Shown here: positions 43,049 through 43,793 of the stretch, in pieces
Layout: every line of letters starts with the position of its first letter
How positions within the stretch are numbered: the first letter of the stretch is position 1
Assembly: GCA_964579045.1 (NCBI GenBank)
Contig: CAZOHR010000001.1
Location: 1-43,793 of the forward strand
DNA length: 43,793 nucleotides
Reading direction: 5' to 3'
From: an uncultured Bacteroidales bacterium
GTDB taxonomy: Bacteria; Bacteroidota; Bacteroidia; Bacteroidales; ML635J-15
The notes under the pieces: model-generated
Database searches by the model: none
What the model saw: only the letters and a program-made list of their open reading frames with translations
What the model was told of the DNA's origin: nothing
Position numbers and translations under genes: made by a program

Positions 43049-43370
43049 AGAGAGCTTCTTTGAAAAGGTTTACGATGTTGTTAGGCAAATTCCATTTGGT
43101 AAAGTTACATCATACGGAGCTATTGCTCGATGTATAGGTTCACCTCAGTCATCTCGCATGGTAGGATGGGCAATGAATGGTTCGCATACAATAAGTCCTT
43201 ATGTTCCTGCTCACAGGGTGGTAAACCGCAACGGAATGCTAACAGGGAAGAATCATTTTGCTGGAATAGAAGTAATGCAGGAATTGCTTAAAGCCGAAGG
43301 AATAGAGGTTTGTGATGATAAAATCGTAAACTTTGAAGCACATTTTTGGGATCCAATGCTTATTTATTAG
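43032..43370 (+). CDS. alkyltransferase-like (ATL) protein: MGMT DNA-binding domain lacking the acceptor cysteine
   Basis: The ORF-track start at 43026 is a TTG, and the first ATG is at 43032 (MTKTDEESFF). TSYGAIARCIGSPQSSRMVGWAM...VPAHRVVNRNG carries PAHRV where active MGMT/Ogt has PCHRV. Overlaps trmB by 17 nt. Confidence 0.75.
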   Translation: MTKTDEESFFEKVYDVVRQIPFGKVTSYGAIARCIGSPQSSRMVGWAMNGSHTISPYVPAHRVVNRNGMLTGKNHFAGIEVMQELLKAEGIEVCDDKIVNFEAHFWDPMLIY

Positions 43371-43504
43371 ACTAAACCATTCTGCGAAAAACAATTTAAA
43401 CAGTCTAAAAGAGTGTTTAGTATCTATATATGCACAATATAGCTAAATGTGATATAAAAATTATCAATATTTAGGTCAGCAGATATTTAGAACAAAAAAT
43501 AGTT

Positions 43505-43512
43505 TACATTTG
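43505..43512 (+). promoter_or_regulatory. putative -7 box (TACATTTG) for the RRM protein gene
   Basis: Exact TAnnTTTG match 28 nt upstream of the ATG at 43540. Confidence 0.35.
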
Positions 43513-43539
43513 CAGCATAATTATTAACTAAATTTTAGG

Positions 43540-43793
43540 ATGAACATTTTTATCGGAAGCTTGCCTTACTCAGTAAAGGACAGCGATTTACAAGGATTCT
43601 TCGAAGAGTACGGAGAAGTTAGCTCAGCAAGAATAATCACAGACAAAATGACAGGCAGAAGCAAAGGTTTCGGTTTTGTTGAAATGTCGGATGAGGCAGC
43701 AGCTAAAAAAGCAATTGAAGAATTAAACGGTGCAGAACTTGAAGGACGCACAATCGTAGTTAACGAAGCTCAGGAAAGAACTGAGAGAAAACC
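43540..43793 (+). CDS. RRM-type RNA-binding protein (3' end beyond the window)
   Basis: Absent from the ORF track because there is no stop in the window. My own translation is MNIFIGSLPYSVKDSDLQGFFEEYGEVSSARIITDKMTGRSKGFGFVEMSDEAAAKKAIEELNGAELEGRTIVVNEAQERTERK. It has RNP2 (IFIGSL) and RNP1 (KGFGFVEM). Confidence 0.85.
   Translation, partial: MNIFIGSLPYSVKDSDLQGFFEEYGEVSSARIITDKMTGRSKGFGFVEMSDEAAAKKAIEELNGAELEGRTIVVNEAQERTERK

Noticed and set aside
1-43793. A search for sigma-54 (-24 TGGCAC / -12 TTGC) promoters to go with the two sigma-54 activators.
   Set aside because: Every TGGCAC I found on either strand lacks a correctly spaced TTGC and lies inside coding sequence (examples near 2147, 17283, 24133 and 38395). 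Nothing convincing turned up by eye. A PWM scan is needed for a definitive negative.
1-43793. Mobile genetic element or genomic island boundaries.
   Set aside because: I recognised no transposase, integrase, tRNA attachment site, terminal inverted repeats of IS type, or phage genes. Composition looks uniform apart from the Gly/Thr-rich repeat array.

Overview
This is an AT-rich, densely coding chromosomal segment that reads as Bacteroidota. Most first-in-operon genes have a TAnnTTTG -7 box 20-45 nt upstream of the start codon. gldH is present. Three proteins end in type-A T9SS C-terminal sorting domains and one ends in a type-B domain, and that one also carries SprB repeats. I call 27 protein-coding genes; two are cut by the window edges and are missing from the ORF track. 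I saw no rRNA, tRNA, CRISPR array, transposase or integrase. Gene order, left to right: sigma-54 activator fragment; secreted metallophosphoesterase-like protein; a minus-strand CotH kinase / DUF4956 membrane protein / VTC-domain operon; a sigma-54 response regulator without a DNA-binding domain; a MORN-repeat protein; a 937-aa LamG / purple-acid-phosphatase / PKD T9SS cargo; an ECF sigma factor plus a zf-HC2 anti-sigma factor fused to a TonB C-terminal domain; a CoA-binding protein; two Wzz-like proteins plus an O-antigen-ligase-like protein; a small lipoprotein; a ~1365-aa type-A T9SS cargo with an orphan proprotein-convertase P domain; a 3494-aa type-B T9SS adhesin (choice-of-anchor-L head, ~26 tandem 76-aa two-cysteine modules, 8 SprB repeats); corA; a PKD/T9SS protein behind a TonB-dependent receptor; a 794-aa head-to-tail double phosphoglycerate kinase; holB, PSP1/ricT, gldH, trmB and an alkyltransferase-like protein; and an RRM RNA-binding protein fragment. 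Four things are most worth a second look. (1) The CotH / DUF4956 / VTC triad may be a trans-envelope polyphosphate/phosphorylation system. (2) The PGK-PGK fusion. (3) The anti-sigma factor that uses a TonB C-terminal domain as its periplasmic module. (4) The giant repeat adhesin operon, which sits directly downstream of a glycosyltransferase-less Wzz-Wzz-ligase module. All family assignments come from motif recognition by eye; no searches were run.
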